Source of the DNA: Eledone cirrhosa
Lineage: Eukaryota
Direction of reading: 5' to 3'
Assembly: GCA_964016885.1 (NCBI GenBank)
Contig: OZ024743.1
Span: 333,684,001-333,748,000 of the forward strand
DNA length: 64,000 nt
The first letter of the stretch is position 1. Each line of letters begins with the position of its first letter. Below are positions 28,250 to 42,400 of this stretch, piece by piece. A model generated the notes under the pieces. It saw nothing but the letters and a program-made list of their open reading frames with translations, was not told the origin of the DNA and did not search any database. Both the position numbers and the translations under genes were made by a program.

Positions 28250-28465
28250 GATTAATCTTTTCATTACCATATTTCTAATGGCAGACACTGTCTATGTCAT
28301 TAACCCTCTCATTACCATATTTTTAATGAAAGTCAATGTCTATATCATTAACCCTTTCACTACCATATTTCTGATGAAAGACAGTGTCTATATCATTAAC
28401 CATCTCATTACCATATTTCTAATGAAAGACACTGTCTATGTCATTAACCCTTTCATTACCATATT
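28250..28465. repeat. 48-bp minisatellite (~4.5 copies) directly after a DZANK1 donor
   Basis: cattaccatatttctaatgaaagacactgtctatgtcattaaccc repeated. Confidence 0.9.
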
Positions 28466-28616
28466 AATACAATTTTATAAGTTTCTTTCAACTTTTTTAT
28501 TGTTTTATTTATATTTATATTTTCTTTGTTGATGTATTTATCATTTGGTGCTAGAATGAAGTGGAATGGTTTGAACATATGTATATTGTTACTGTTGGTG
28601 TCACAGTGTGATACAC

Positions 28617-30215
28617 TCAGTACACTAGTAGTGCCAAAACCACAGTAGGATACACCCAGTACACTCTGTAAAGTAGTAGTGCCAGAACCACAGTAGGATA
28701 CACCCAGTACACTTTGTAAAGTAGTAGTGCCAGAACCACAGTAGGATACACGAAGTACACTCTGTAAAGTAGTAGTGCTGGTCCCACAGTAGCAGACACC
28801 CAGTACACTCTGTAAAGTAGTAGTGCCAGAACCACAGTAGGATACACCCAGTACACTTTGTAAAGTAGTAGTGCCAGAACCACAGTAGGATACACGAAGT
28901 ACACTCTGTAAAGTAGTAGTGCCAGAACCACAGTAGGATACACCCAGTACACTCTGTAAAGTAGTAGTGCCAGAACCACAGTAGGATACACCCAGTACAC
29001 TCTGTAAAGTAGTAGTGCCAAAACCACAGTAGGATACACCCAGTACACTCTGTAAAGTAGTAGTGCCAGAACCACAGTAGGATACACCCAGTACACTCTG
29101 TAAAGTAGTAGTGCTGGTCCCACAGTAGCAGACACCCAGTACACTCTGTAAAGTAGTAGTGCCAGAACCACAGTAGGATACACCCAGTACACTTTGTAAA
29201 GTAGTAGTGCCAGAACCACAGTAGGATACACGAAGTACACTCTGTAAAGTAGTAGTGCTGGTCCCACAGTAGCAGACACCCAGTACACTCTGTAAAGTAG
29301 TAGTGCTGGTCCCACAGTAGCAGACACCAAGTACACTCTGTAAAGTAGTAGTGCCAGAACCACAGTAGGATACACCCAGTACACTTTGTAAAGTAGTAGT
29401 GCCAGAACCACAGTAGGATACACCCAGTACACTTTGTAAAGTAGTAGTGCCAGAACCACAGTAGGATACACCCAGTACACTCTGTAAAGTAGTAGTGCCA
29501 GAACCACAGTAGGATACACCCAGTACACTCTGTAAAGTAGTAGTGCCAAAACCACAGTAGGATACACCCAGTACACTCTGTAAAGTAGTAGTGCCAGAAC
29601 CACAGTAGGATACACCAAGTACACTCTGTAAAGTAGTAGTGCCAGAACCACAGTAGGATACACCAAGTACACTCTGTAAAGTAGTAGTGCTGGTCCCACA
29701 GTAGCAGACACCCAGTACACTCTGTAAAGTGGTAGTGCTGGTCCCACAGTAGCAGACACCCAGTACACTCTGTAAAGTGGTAGTGCTGGTACCATAGTGT
29801 GATACACCCAGTACACGCTGTAAAGTAGTAGTGGTGGTATTACAGTAGCAGACACCCAGTACACTCTGTAAAGTGGTAGTGCTGGTACCACAGTGTGATA
29901 CACCCAGTACACTCTGTAAAGTAGTAGTGGTGGTATCACAGTAGCAAACACCCAGTACACTCTGTAAAGTGGTAGTGCTGGTACCACAGTGTGATACACC
30001 CAGTACACTCTGTAAAGTAGTAGTGGTGGTATCACAGTAGCAGACACCCAGTACACTCTGTAAAGTGGTAGTGTTGGTCCCTCAGTGTGATATACCGAGT
30101 ACACTCAGTAAAGTGGTAGAGCTGGTATCACAGTAGCAGACACCCAGTACACTCTGTAAAGTGGTAGTGCTGGTACCACAGTATGTATGATACACCCAGT
30201 ACACTCTGTAAAGTG
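28617..30215. repeat. 48-bp minisatellite (~33 units; GTACACTCTGTAAAGTAGTAGTGCCAGAACCACAGTAGGATACACCCA) continuous with a SINE family B body at 30190-30250
   Basis: 48-bp period; the last unit continues into gtggtttgtgttagaaagggcatccag, the SINE B segment; (GAT)n-rich tract at 30305-30415. Confidence 0.95.
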
Positions 30216-30447
30216 GTTTGTGTTAGAAAGGGCATCCAGACACAGAAATCTTGCCACATATGGAAGGTAATTGGTCTCTCCTACCTAATATTCTTCATAC
30301 ATTATAATGATGATGATGATGATGATGATGATGCTGATAATGGTAACAGCAAGAGTGTTGCTGCTGATGATGATGATAATTGTGACGACAACAATAATGA
30401 TAATGATGATGATGGGAAGAAGGAAAAAGACCTTGTTTCTAATGCAG

Positions 30448-33400
30448 ACAGATGTAATACAATGGTCAGCATTACCTGTCTTACCTACAGATGTAATACA
30501 ATGGTCAGCATTACCTGTCTTACCTACAGATGTAATACAATGGTCAGCATTACCTGTCTTACCTACAGATGTAATACAATGGTCAGCATTACCTGTCTTA
30601 CCTACAGATGTAATACAATGGTCAGCATTACCTGTCTTACCTACAGATGTAATACAAGGGTCAGCATTACCTGTCTTACCTACAGATGTAATACAATGGT
30701 CAACATTACCTGTCTTACCTACAGATGTAATACAATAGCCAATATTACTCGTCTTACCTACAGATGTAATACAATGGTCAGCATTACCTGTCTTACCTAC
30801 AGATGTAATACAATAGCCAATATTACCTGTCTTACCTACAGATGTAATACAATAGCCAATATTACCTGTTTTACCTAGAGATGTAATACAATGTCCAATA
30901 TTACCTGTCTTACCTACAGATGTAATACAATAGCCAATATTACCTGTCTTACCTACAGATGTAATACAATAGCCAATATTACCTGTCTTACCTACAGATG
31001 TAATACAATAGCCAATATTACCTGTTTTACCTAGAGATGTAATACAATGTCCAATATTACCTGTCTTACCTACAGATGTAATACAATAGCCAATATTACC
31101 TGTCTTACCTACAGATGTAATACAATGGCCAGCATTACCTGTCCTACCTAGAGATGTAATACAATAGCCAATATTACCTGTCTTACCTACAGATGTAATA
31201 CAATAGCCAATATTACCTGTCTTACCTACAGATGTAATACAATAGCCAATATTACCTGTCTTACCTACAGATGTAATACAATAGCCAATATTACCTGTCT
31301 TACCTACAGATGTAATACAATGTCCAGCATTACCTGTCTTACCTACAGATATAATACAATATCCAGCATTACCTGTCTTACCTACAGATGTAATACAATA
31401 GCCAATATTACGTGTCTTATCTACAGATGTAATACAATAGCCAATATTACCTGTCTTACCTACAGATATAATACAATAAGCAATATTACCTGTCTTACCT
31501 ACAGATGTAATACAATAGCCAATATTACCTGTCTTACCTACAGATGTAATACAATAGCCAATATTACCTGTCCTACCTACAGATGTAATACAATAGCCAA
31601 TATTACCTGTCCTACCTACAGATGTAATACAATGGCCTGCATTACCTGTCTTACCTACAGATATAATACAATAGCCAATATTACCTGTCTTACCTACAGA
31701 TGTAATACAATGGCCAGCATTACCTGTCTTACCTACAGATGTAATACAATGGCCAATATTACCTGTCTTACCTACAGATGTAATACAATGGCCAATATTA
31801 CCTGTCTTACCTACAGATGTAATACAATAGTCAATATTACCTGTCTTACCTACAGATGTAATACAATAGCCAATATTACCTGTCTTACCTACAGATGTAA
31901 TCCAATAGCAGTGCATTACCTGTCTTACCTACAGATATAATACAATAGCCAGCATTACCTGTCTTACCTAAAGATGTAATACAATAGCCAATATTACCTG
32001 TCTTACCTACAGATGTAATACAATAGTCAATATTACCTGTCTTACCTACAGATGTAATACAATAGCCAATATTACCTGTTTTACCTACAGATGTAATACA
32101 ATAGCCAATATTACCTGTCTTACCTCCAGATGTAATAAAATAGCCAATATTACCTGTCTTACCTACAGATGTAATACAATAGCCAATATTACGTGTCTTA
32201 CCTACAGATGTAATACAATAGCCAATATTACCTGTCTTTACCTACAGATGTAATACAATAGCCAATATTACCTGTCTTACCTACAGATATAATACAATAG
32301 CCAATATTACCTGTCTTACCTACAGATGTAATACAATAGCCAATATTACCTGTCTTAACTACAGATGTAATAGACTAGCCAATATTACCTGTCTTACCTA
32401 CAAATATAATACAATGTCCAGCATTACCTGTCTAACCTACAGATGTAATACAATAGCCAATATTACCTGTCTTACCTACAGATGTAATACAATGGCCAAT
32501 ATTACCTGTCTTACCTACAGATGTAATACAATAGCCAATATTACCTGTCTTACCTACAGATATAATACAATGTCCAGCATTACCTGTCTTACTTACAGAT
32601 ATAATACAATAGCCAATATTACCTGTCTTACCTACAGATGTAATACAATAGCCAATCTTACCTACAGATGTAATACAATAGCCAGCATTACCTGTCTTAC
32701 CTACAGATATAATACAATAGCCAATATTACCTATCTTGCCTACAGATGTAATACAATAGCCAATATTACCTGTCTTACCTACAGATGTAATACAATAGCC
32801 AGCATTACCTGTCTTACCTACAGATATAATACAATAGCCAATATTACCTGTCTTACCTACAGATGTAATACAATGGCCAATATTACCTGTCTTACCTACA
32901 GATGTAATACAATAGCCAGCATCACCTGTCTTACCTACAGATATAATACAATAGCCAATATTACCTATCTTACCTACAGATGTAATACAATAGCCAATAT
33001 TACCTGTCTTACCTACAGATGTAATACAATAGCCAGCATTACCTGTCTTACCTACAGATATAATACAATAGCCAATATTACGTGTCTTACCTACAGATGT
33101 AATACAATGGCCAATATTACCTGTCTTACCTACAGATGTAATACAATAGCCAATATTACCTGTCTTACCTACAGATGTAATACAATAGCCAGCATCACCT
33201 GTCTTACCTACAGATATAATACGATAGCCAATATTACGTATCTTACCTACAGATGTAATACAATAGCCAATATTACCTGTCTTACCTACAGATGTAATAC
33301 AATAGCCAGCATTACCTGTCTTACCTACAGATATAATACAATAGCCAATATTACCTGTCTTACCTACAGATGTAATACAATAGCCAATATTACCTGTCTT

Positions 33401-36400
33401 ACCTACAGATGTAATACAATAGCCAATATTACCTGTCTTAACTACAGATGTAATACAATGGCCAATATTACCTGTCTTACCTACAGATATAATACAATAG
33501 CCAATATTACCTATCTTACCTACAGATGTAATACAATAGCCAATATTACCTGTCTTACCTACAGATGTAATCCAATAGCAGTGCATTACCTGTCTTACCT
33601 ACAGATATAATACAATGGCCAGCATTACCTGTCTTACCTACAGATGTAATACAATGGCCAATATTACCTGTCTTACCTACAGATGTAATACAATAGCCAG
33701 CATTACCTGTCTTACCTATAGATGTAATACAATAGCCAATATTACCTGTCTTACCTACAGATGTAATACAATAGCCAATATTACCTGTCTTACCTACAGA
33801 TGTAATACAATGGCCAGCATTACCTGTCTTACCTAGAGATGTAATACAATAGCCAATATTACCTGTCTTACCTACAGATGTAATACAATAGCCAATATTA
33901 CCTGTTTTACCTACAGATGTAATACGATAGCCAATATTACCTGTCTTACTTACAGATGTAATACAATAGCCAATATTACCTATCTTACCTACAGATGTAA
34001 TACAATGGCCAGCATTACCTGTCTTACCTACAGATGTAATACAATGGCCAGCATTACCTGTCTTACCTCCAGATGTAATAAAATAGCCAATATTACCTGT
34101 CTTACCTACAGATGTAATACAATGGCCAATATTACCTGTCTTACCTACAGATGTAATACAATAGCCAATATTACCTGTCTTACCTACAGATATAATACAA
34201 TGTCCAGCATTACCTGTCTAACCTACAGATATAATACAATAGCCAATATTACCTGTCTTACCTACAGATGTAATACAATAGCCAATCTTACCTACAGATG
34301 TAATACAATAGCCAATCTTACCTACAGATGTAATACAATAGCCAGCATTACCTGTCTTACCTACAGATATAATACAATAGCCAATATTACCTATCTTACC
34401 TACAGATGTAATACAATAGCCAATATTACCTGTCTTACCTACAGATGTAATACAATAGCCAGCATTAACTGTCTTACCTACAGATATAATACAATAGCCA
34501 ATATTACCTGTCTTACCTACAGATGTAATACAATGGCCAGCATTACCTGTCTTACCTACAGATGTAATACAATGGCCAATATTACCTGTCTTACCTACAG
34601 ATGTAATACAATAGCCAATATTACCTGTCTTACCTACAGATGTAATACAATAGTCAATATTACCTGTCTTACCTACAGATGTAATACAATAGCCAATATT
34701 ACCTGTCTTACCTACATATGTAATACAATAGTCAATATTACCTGTCTTACCTACAGATATAATACAATAGCCAGCATTACCTGTCTTACCTAAAGATGTA
34801 ATACAATAGCCAATATTACCTGTCTTACCTACAGATGTAATACAATAGTCAATATTACCTGTCTTACCTACAGATGTAATACAATAGCCAATATTACCTG
34901 TCTTACCTACAGATGTAATACAATAGACAATATTACCTGTCTTACTTACAGATGTAATACAATAGCCAATATTACCTGTCTTACCTACAGATGTAATACA
35001 ATGGCCAGCATTACCTGTCTTACCTACAGATGTAATAAAATAGCCAATATTACCTGTCTTACCTACAGATGTAATACAATAGCCAATATTACCTGTTTTA
35101 CCTAGAGATGTAATACAATGTCCAATATTACCTGTCTTACCTACAGATGTAATACAATAGCCAATATTACCTGTCTTACCTACAGATGTAATACAATGGC
35201 CAGCATTACCTGTCCTACCTAGAGATGTAATACAATAGCCAATATTACCTGTCTTACCTACAGATGTAATACAATAGCCAATATTACCTGTCTTACCTAC
35301 AGATGTAATACAATAGCCAATATTACCTGTCTTACCTACAGATGTAATACAATAGCCAATATTACCTGTCTTACCTACAGATGTAATACAATGTCCAGCA
35401 TTACCTGTCTTACCTACAGATATAATACAATATCCAGCATTACCTGTCTTACCTACAGATGTAATACAATAGCCAATATTACGTGTCTTATCTACAGATG
35501 TAATACAATAGCCAATATTACCTGTCTTACCTACAGATATAATACAATAAGCAATATTACCTGTCTTACCTACAGATGTAATACAATAGCCAATATTACC
35601 TGTCTTACCTACAGATGTAATACAATAGCCAATATTACCTGTCCTACCTACAGATGTAATACAATAGCCAATATTACCTGTCCTACCTACAGATGTAATA
35701 CAATGGCCTGCATTACCTGTCTTACCTACAGATATAATACAATAGCCAATATTACCTGTCTTACCTACAGATGTAATACAATGGCCAGCATTACCTGTCT
35801 TACCTACAGATGTAATACAATGGCCAATATTACCTGTCTTACCTACAGATGTAATACAATGGCCAATATTACCTGTCTTACCTACAGATGTAATACAATA
35901 GTCAATATTACCTGTCTTACCTACAGATGTAATACAATAGCCAATATTACCTGTCTTACCTACAGATGTAATCCAATAGCAGTGCATTACCTGTCTTACC
36001 TACAGATATAATACAATAGCCAGCATTACCTGTCTTACCTAAAGATGTAATACAATAGCCAATATTACCTGTCTTACCTACAGATGTAATACAATAGTCA
36101 ATATTACCTGTCTTACCTACAGATGTAATACAATAGCCAATATTACCTGTTTTACCTACAGATGTAATACAATAGCCAATATTACCTGTCTTACCTCCAG
36201 ATGTAATAAAATAGCCAATATTACCTGTCTTACCTACAGATGTAATACAATAGCCAATATTACGTGTCTTACCTACAGATGTAATACAATAGCCAATATT
36301 ACCTGTCTTTACCTACAGATGTAATACAATAGCCAATATTACCTGTCTTACCTACAGATATAATACAATAGCCAATATTACCTGTCTTACCTACAGATGT

Positions 36401-39400
36401 AATACAATAGCCAATATTACCTGTCTTAACTACAGATGTAATAGAATAGCCAATATTACCTGTCTTACCTACAAATATAATACAATGTCCAGCATTACCT
36501 GTCTAACCTACAGATGTAATACAATAGCCAATATTACCTGTCTTACCTACAGATGTAATACAATGGCCAATATTACCTGTCTTACCTACAGATGTAATAC
36601 AATAGCCAATATTACCTGTCTTACCTACAGATATAATACAATGTCCAGCATTACCTGTCTTACTTACAGATATAATACAATAGCCAATATTACCTGTCTT
36701 ACCTACAGATGTAATACAATAGCCAATCTTACCTACAGATGTAATACAATAGCCAGCATTACCTGTCTTACCTACAGATATAATACAATAGCCAATATTA
36801 CCTATCTTGCCTACAGATGTAATACAATAGCCAATATTACCTGTCTTACCTACAGATGTAATACAATAGCCAGCATTACCTGTCTTACCTACAGATATAA
36901 TACAATAGCCAATATTACCTGTCTTACCTACAGATGTAATACAATGGCCAATATTACCTGTCTTACCTACAGATGTAATACAATAGCCAGCATCACCTGT
37001 CTTACCTACAGATATAATACAATAGCCAATATTACCTATCTTACCTACAGATGTAATACAATAGCCAATATTACCTGTCTTACCTACAGATGTAATACAA
37101 TAGCCAGCATTACCTGTCTTACCTACAGATATAATACAATAGCCAATATTACGTGTCTTACCTACAGATGTAATACAATGGCCAATATTACCTGTCTTAC
37201 CTACAGATGTAATACAATAGCCAATATTACCTGTCTTACCTACAGATGTAATACAATAGCCAGCATCACCTGTCTTACCTACAGATATAATACGATAGCC
37301 AATATTACGTATCTTACCTACAGATGTAATACAATAGCCAATATTACCTGTCTTACCTACAGATGTAATACAATAGCCAGCATTACCTGTCTTACCTACA
37401 GATATAATACAATAGCCAATATTACCTGTCTTACCTACAGATGTAATACAATAGCCAATATTACCTGTCTTACCTACAGATGTAATACAATAGCCAATAT
37501 TACCTGTCTTAACTACAGATGTAATACAATGGCCAATATTACCTGTCTTACCTACAGATATAATACAATAGCCAATATTACCTATCTTACCTACAGATGT
37601 AATACAATAGCCAATATTACCTGTCTTACCTACAGATGTAATCCAATAGCAGTGCATTACCTGTCTTACCTACAGATATAATACAATGGCCAGCATTACC
37701 TGTCTTACCTACAGATGTAATACAATGGCCAATATTACCTGTCTTACCTACAGATGTAATACAATAGCCAGCATTACCTGTCTTACCTATAGATGTAATA
37801 CAATAGCCAATATTACCTGTCTTACCTACAGATGTAATACAATAGCCAATATTACCTGTCTTACCTACAGATGTAATACAATGGCCAGCATTACCTGTCT
37901 TACCTAGAGATGTAATACAATAGCCAATATTACCTGTCTTACCTACAGATGTAATACAATAGCCAATATTACCTGTTTTACCTACAGATGTAATACGATA
38001 GCCAATATTACCTGTCTTACTTACAGATGTAATACAATAGCCAATATTACCTATCTTACCTACAGATGTAATACAATGGCCAGCATTACCTGTCTTACCT
38101 ACAGATGTAATACAATGGCCAGCATTACCTGTCTTACCTCCAGATGTAATAAAATAGCCAATATTACCTGTCTTACCTACAGATGTAATACAATGGCCAA
38201 TATTACCTGTCTTACCTACAGATGTAATACAATAGCCAATATTACCTGTCTTACCTACAGATATAATACAATGTCCAGCATTACCTGTCTAACCTACAGA
38301 TATAATACAATAGCCAATATTACCTGTCTTACCTACACATGTAATACAATAGCCAATCTTACCTACAGATGTAATACAATAGCCAATCTTACCTACAGAT
38401 GTAATACAATAGCCAGCATTACCTGTCTTACCTACAGATATAATACAATAGCCAATATTACCTATCTTACCTACAGATGTAATACAATAGCCAATATTAC
38501 CTGTCTTACCTACAGATGTAATACAATAGCCAGCATTAACTGTCTTACCTACAGATATAATACAATAGCCAATATTACCTGTCTTACCTACAGATGTAAT
38601 ACAATGGCCAGCATTACCTGTCTTACCTACAGATGTAATACAATGGCCAATATTACCTGTCTTACCTACAGATGTAATACAATAGCCAATATTACCTGTC
38701 TTACCTACAGATGTAATACAATAGTCAATATTACCTGTCTTACCTACAGATGTAATACAATAGCCAATATTACCTGTCTTACCTACATATGTAATACAAT
38801 AGTCAATATTACCTGTCTTACCTACAGATATAATACAATAGCCAGCATTACCTGTCTTACCTAAAGATGTAATACAATAGCCAATATTACCTGTCTTACC
38901 TACAGATGTAATACAATAGTCAATATTACCTGTCTTACCTACAGATGTAATACAATAGCCAATATTACCTGTCTTACCTACAGATGTAATACAATAGACA
39001 ATATTACCTGTCTTACTTACAGATGTAATACAATAGCCAATATTACCTGTCTTACCTACAGATGTAATACAATGGCCAGCATTACCTGTCTTACCTACAG
39101 ATGTAATAAAATAGCCAATATTACCTGTCTTACCTACAGATGTAATACAATAGCCAATATTACGTGTCTTACCTACAGATGTAATACAATAGCCAATATT
39201 ACCTGTCTTTACCTACAGATGTAATACAATAGCCAATATTACCTGTCTTACCTACAGATATAATACAATGTCCAGCATTACCTGTCTAACCTACAGATGT
39301 AATACAATAGCCAATATTACCTGTCTTACCTACAGATGTAATACAATGGCCAATATTACCTGTCTTACCTACAGATGTAATACAATAGCCAATATTACCT

Positions 39401-42400
39401 GTTTTTACCTACAGATATAATACAATGTCCAGCATTACCTGTCTTACCTACAGATGTAATACAATAGCCAATATTACCTGTCTAACCTACAGATGTAATA
39501 CAATAGCCAATATTACCTGTCTTACCTACAGATATAATACAATAGCCAATATTACCTGTCTTACCTACAGATGTAATACAATAGCCAATCTTACCTACAG
39601 ATGTAATACAATAGCCAGCATTACCTGTCTTACCTACAGATATAATACAATAGCCAATATTACCTATCTTACCTACAGATGTAATACAATGGCCAATATT
39701 ACCTGTCTTACCTACAAATGTAATACAATAGCCAATATTACCTGTCTTACCTACAGATGTAATACAATAGCCAATATTACCTGTCTTACCTACAGATATA
39801 ATACAATAGCCAATATTACCTGTCTTACCTACAGATGTAATACAATAGCCAATATTACCTGTCTTACCTACAGATGTAATACAATAGCCAATATTACCTG
39901 TCTTAACTACAGATGTAATACAATAGCCAATATTACCTGTCTTAACTACAGATGTAATACAATGGCCAATATTACCTGTCTTACCTACAGATATAATACA
40001 ATAGCCAATATTACCTATCTTACCTACAGATGTAATACAATAGCCAATATTACCTGTCTTACATACAGATGTAATCCAATAGCAGTGCATTACCTGTCTT
40101 ACCTACAGATATAATACAATGGCCAGCATTACCTGTCTTACCTACAGATGTAATACAATGGCCAATATTACCTGTCTTACCTACAGATGTAATACAATAG
40201 CCAGCATTACCTGTCTTACCTATAGATGTAATACAATAGCCAATATTACCTGTCTTACCTACAGATGTAATACAATGGCCAGCATTACCTGTCTTACCTA
40301 GAGATGTAATACAATAGCCAATATTACCTGTCTTACCTACAGATGTAATACAATAGTCAATATTACCTGTCTTACCTACAGATGTAATACAATAGCCAAT
40401 ATTACCTGTTTTACCTACAGATGTAATACGATAGCCAATATTACCTGTCTTACTTACAGATGTAATACAATAGCCAATATTACCTGTCTTACCTACAGAT
40501 GTAATACAATGGCCAGCATTACCTGTCTTACCTACAGATGTAATACAATGGCCAGCATTACCTGTCTTACCTCCAGATGTAATAAAATAGCCAATATTAC
40601 CTGTCTTACCTACAGATGTAATACAATGGCCAATATTACCTGTCTTACCTACAGATGTAATACAATATCCAATATTACCTGTCTTACGTACAGATATAAT
40701 ACAATGTCCAGCATTACCTGTCTAACCTACAGATATAATACAATAGCCAATATTACCTGTCTTACCTACAGATGTAATACAATAGCCAATATTACCTACA
40801 GATGTAATACAATAGCCAATCTTACCTACAGATGTAATACAATAGCCAGCATTACCTGTCTTACCTACAGATATAATACAATAGCCAATATTACCTATCT
40901 TGCCTACAGATGTAATACAATAGCCAATATTACCTGTCTTACCTACAGATGTAATACAATAGCCAGCATTACCTGTCTTACCTACAGATGTAATACAATG
41001 GCCAATATTACCTATCTTGCCTACAGATGTAATACAATAGCCAGCATTACCTGTCTTACCTAAAGATGTAATACAATAGCCAATATTACCTGTCTTACCT
41101 ACAGATATAATACAATAGCCAATATTACCTGTCTTACCTACAGATATAATACAATGTCCAGCATTACCTGTCTAACCTACAGATATAATACAATAGCCAA
41201 TATTACCTGTCTTACCTACAGATGTAATACAATAGCCAATCTTACCTACAGATGTAATACAATAGCCAATCTTACCTACAGATGTAATACAATAGCCAGC
41301 ATTACCTGTCTTACCTAAAGATGTAATACAATAGCCAATATTACCTGTCTTACCTACAGATATAATACAATAGCCAATATTACCTATCTTGCCTACAGAT
41401 GTAATACAATAGCCAATATTACCTGTCTTACCTACAGATGTAATACAATAGCCAGCATTACCTGTCTTACCTACAGATGTAATACAATGGCCAATATTAC
41501 CTATCTTGCCTACAGATGTAATACAATAGCCAGCATTACCTGTCTTACCTAAAGATGTAATACAATAGCCAATATTACCTGTCTTACCTACAGATATAAT
41601 ACAATAGCCAATATTACCTGTCTTACCTACAGATGTAATACAATGGCCAATATTACCTGTCTTACCTACAGATATAATACAATAGCCAATATTACCTATC
41701 TTACCTACAGATGTAATACAATAGCCAATATTACCTGTCTTACCTACAGATGTAATACAATAGCCAGCATTAACTGTCTTACCTACAGATATAATACAAT
41801 AGCCAATATTACCTGTCTTACCTACAGATGTAATACAATAGCCAGCATTAACTGTCTTACCTACAGATATAATACAATAGCCAATATTACCTGTCTTACC
41901 TACAGATATAATACAATAGCCAATATTACCTGTCTTACCTACAGATGTAATACAATAGCCAGCATTACCTGTCTTACCTACAGATATAATACAATAGCCA
42001 ATATTACCTATCTTACCTACAGATGTAATACAATAGCCAATATTACCTGTCTTACCTACAGATGTAATACAATGGCCTGCATTACCTGTCTTACCTACAG
42101 ATGTAATACAATAGCCAGCATTAACTGTCTTACCTACAGATATAATACAATAGCCAATATTACCTGTCTTACCTACAGATGTAATACAATAGCCAGCATT
42201 ACCTGTCTTACCTACAGATATAATACAATAGCCAATATTACCTATCTTACCTACAGATGTAATACAATAGCCAATATTACCTGTCTTACCTACAGATGTA
42301 ATACAATAGCCAGCATTACCTGTCTTACCTACAGATATAATACAATAGCCAATATTACCTGTCTTACCTACAGATGTAATACAATGGCCAATATTACCTG

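Noticed and set aside
28617-30104. 495-aa hydrophobic ORF (YRVYWVYPTVVLALLL)n
   Set aside because: Read-through of a 48-bp SINE-derived minisatellite.
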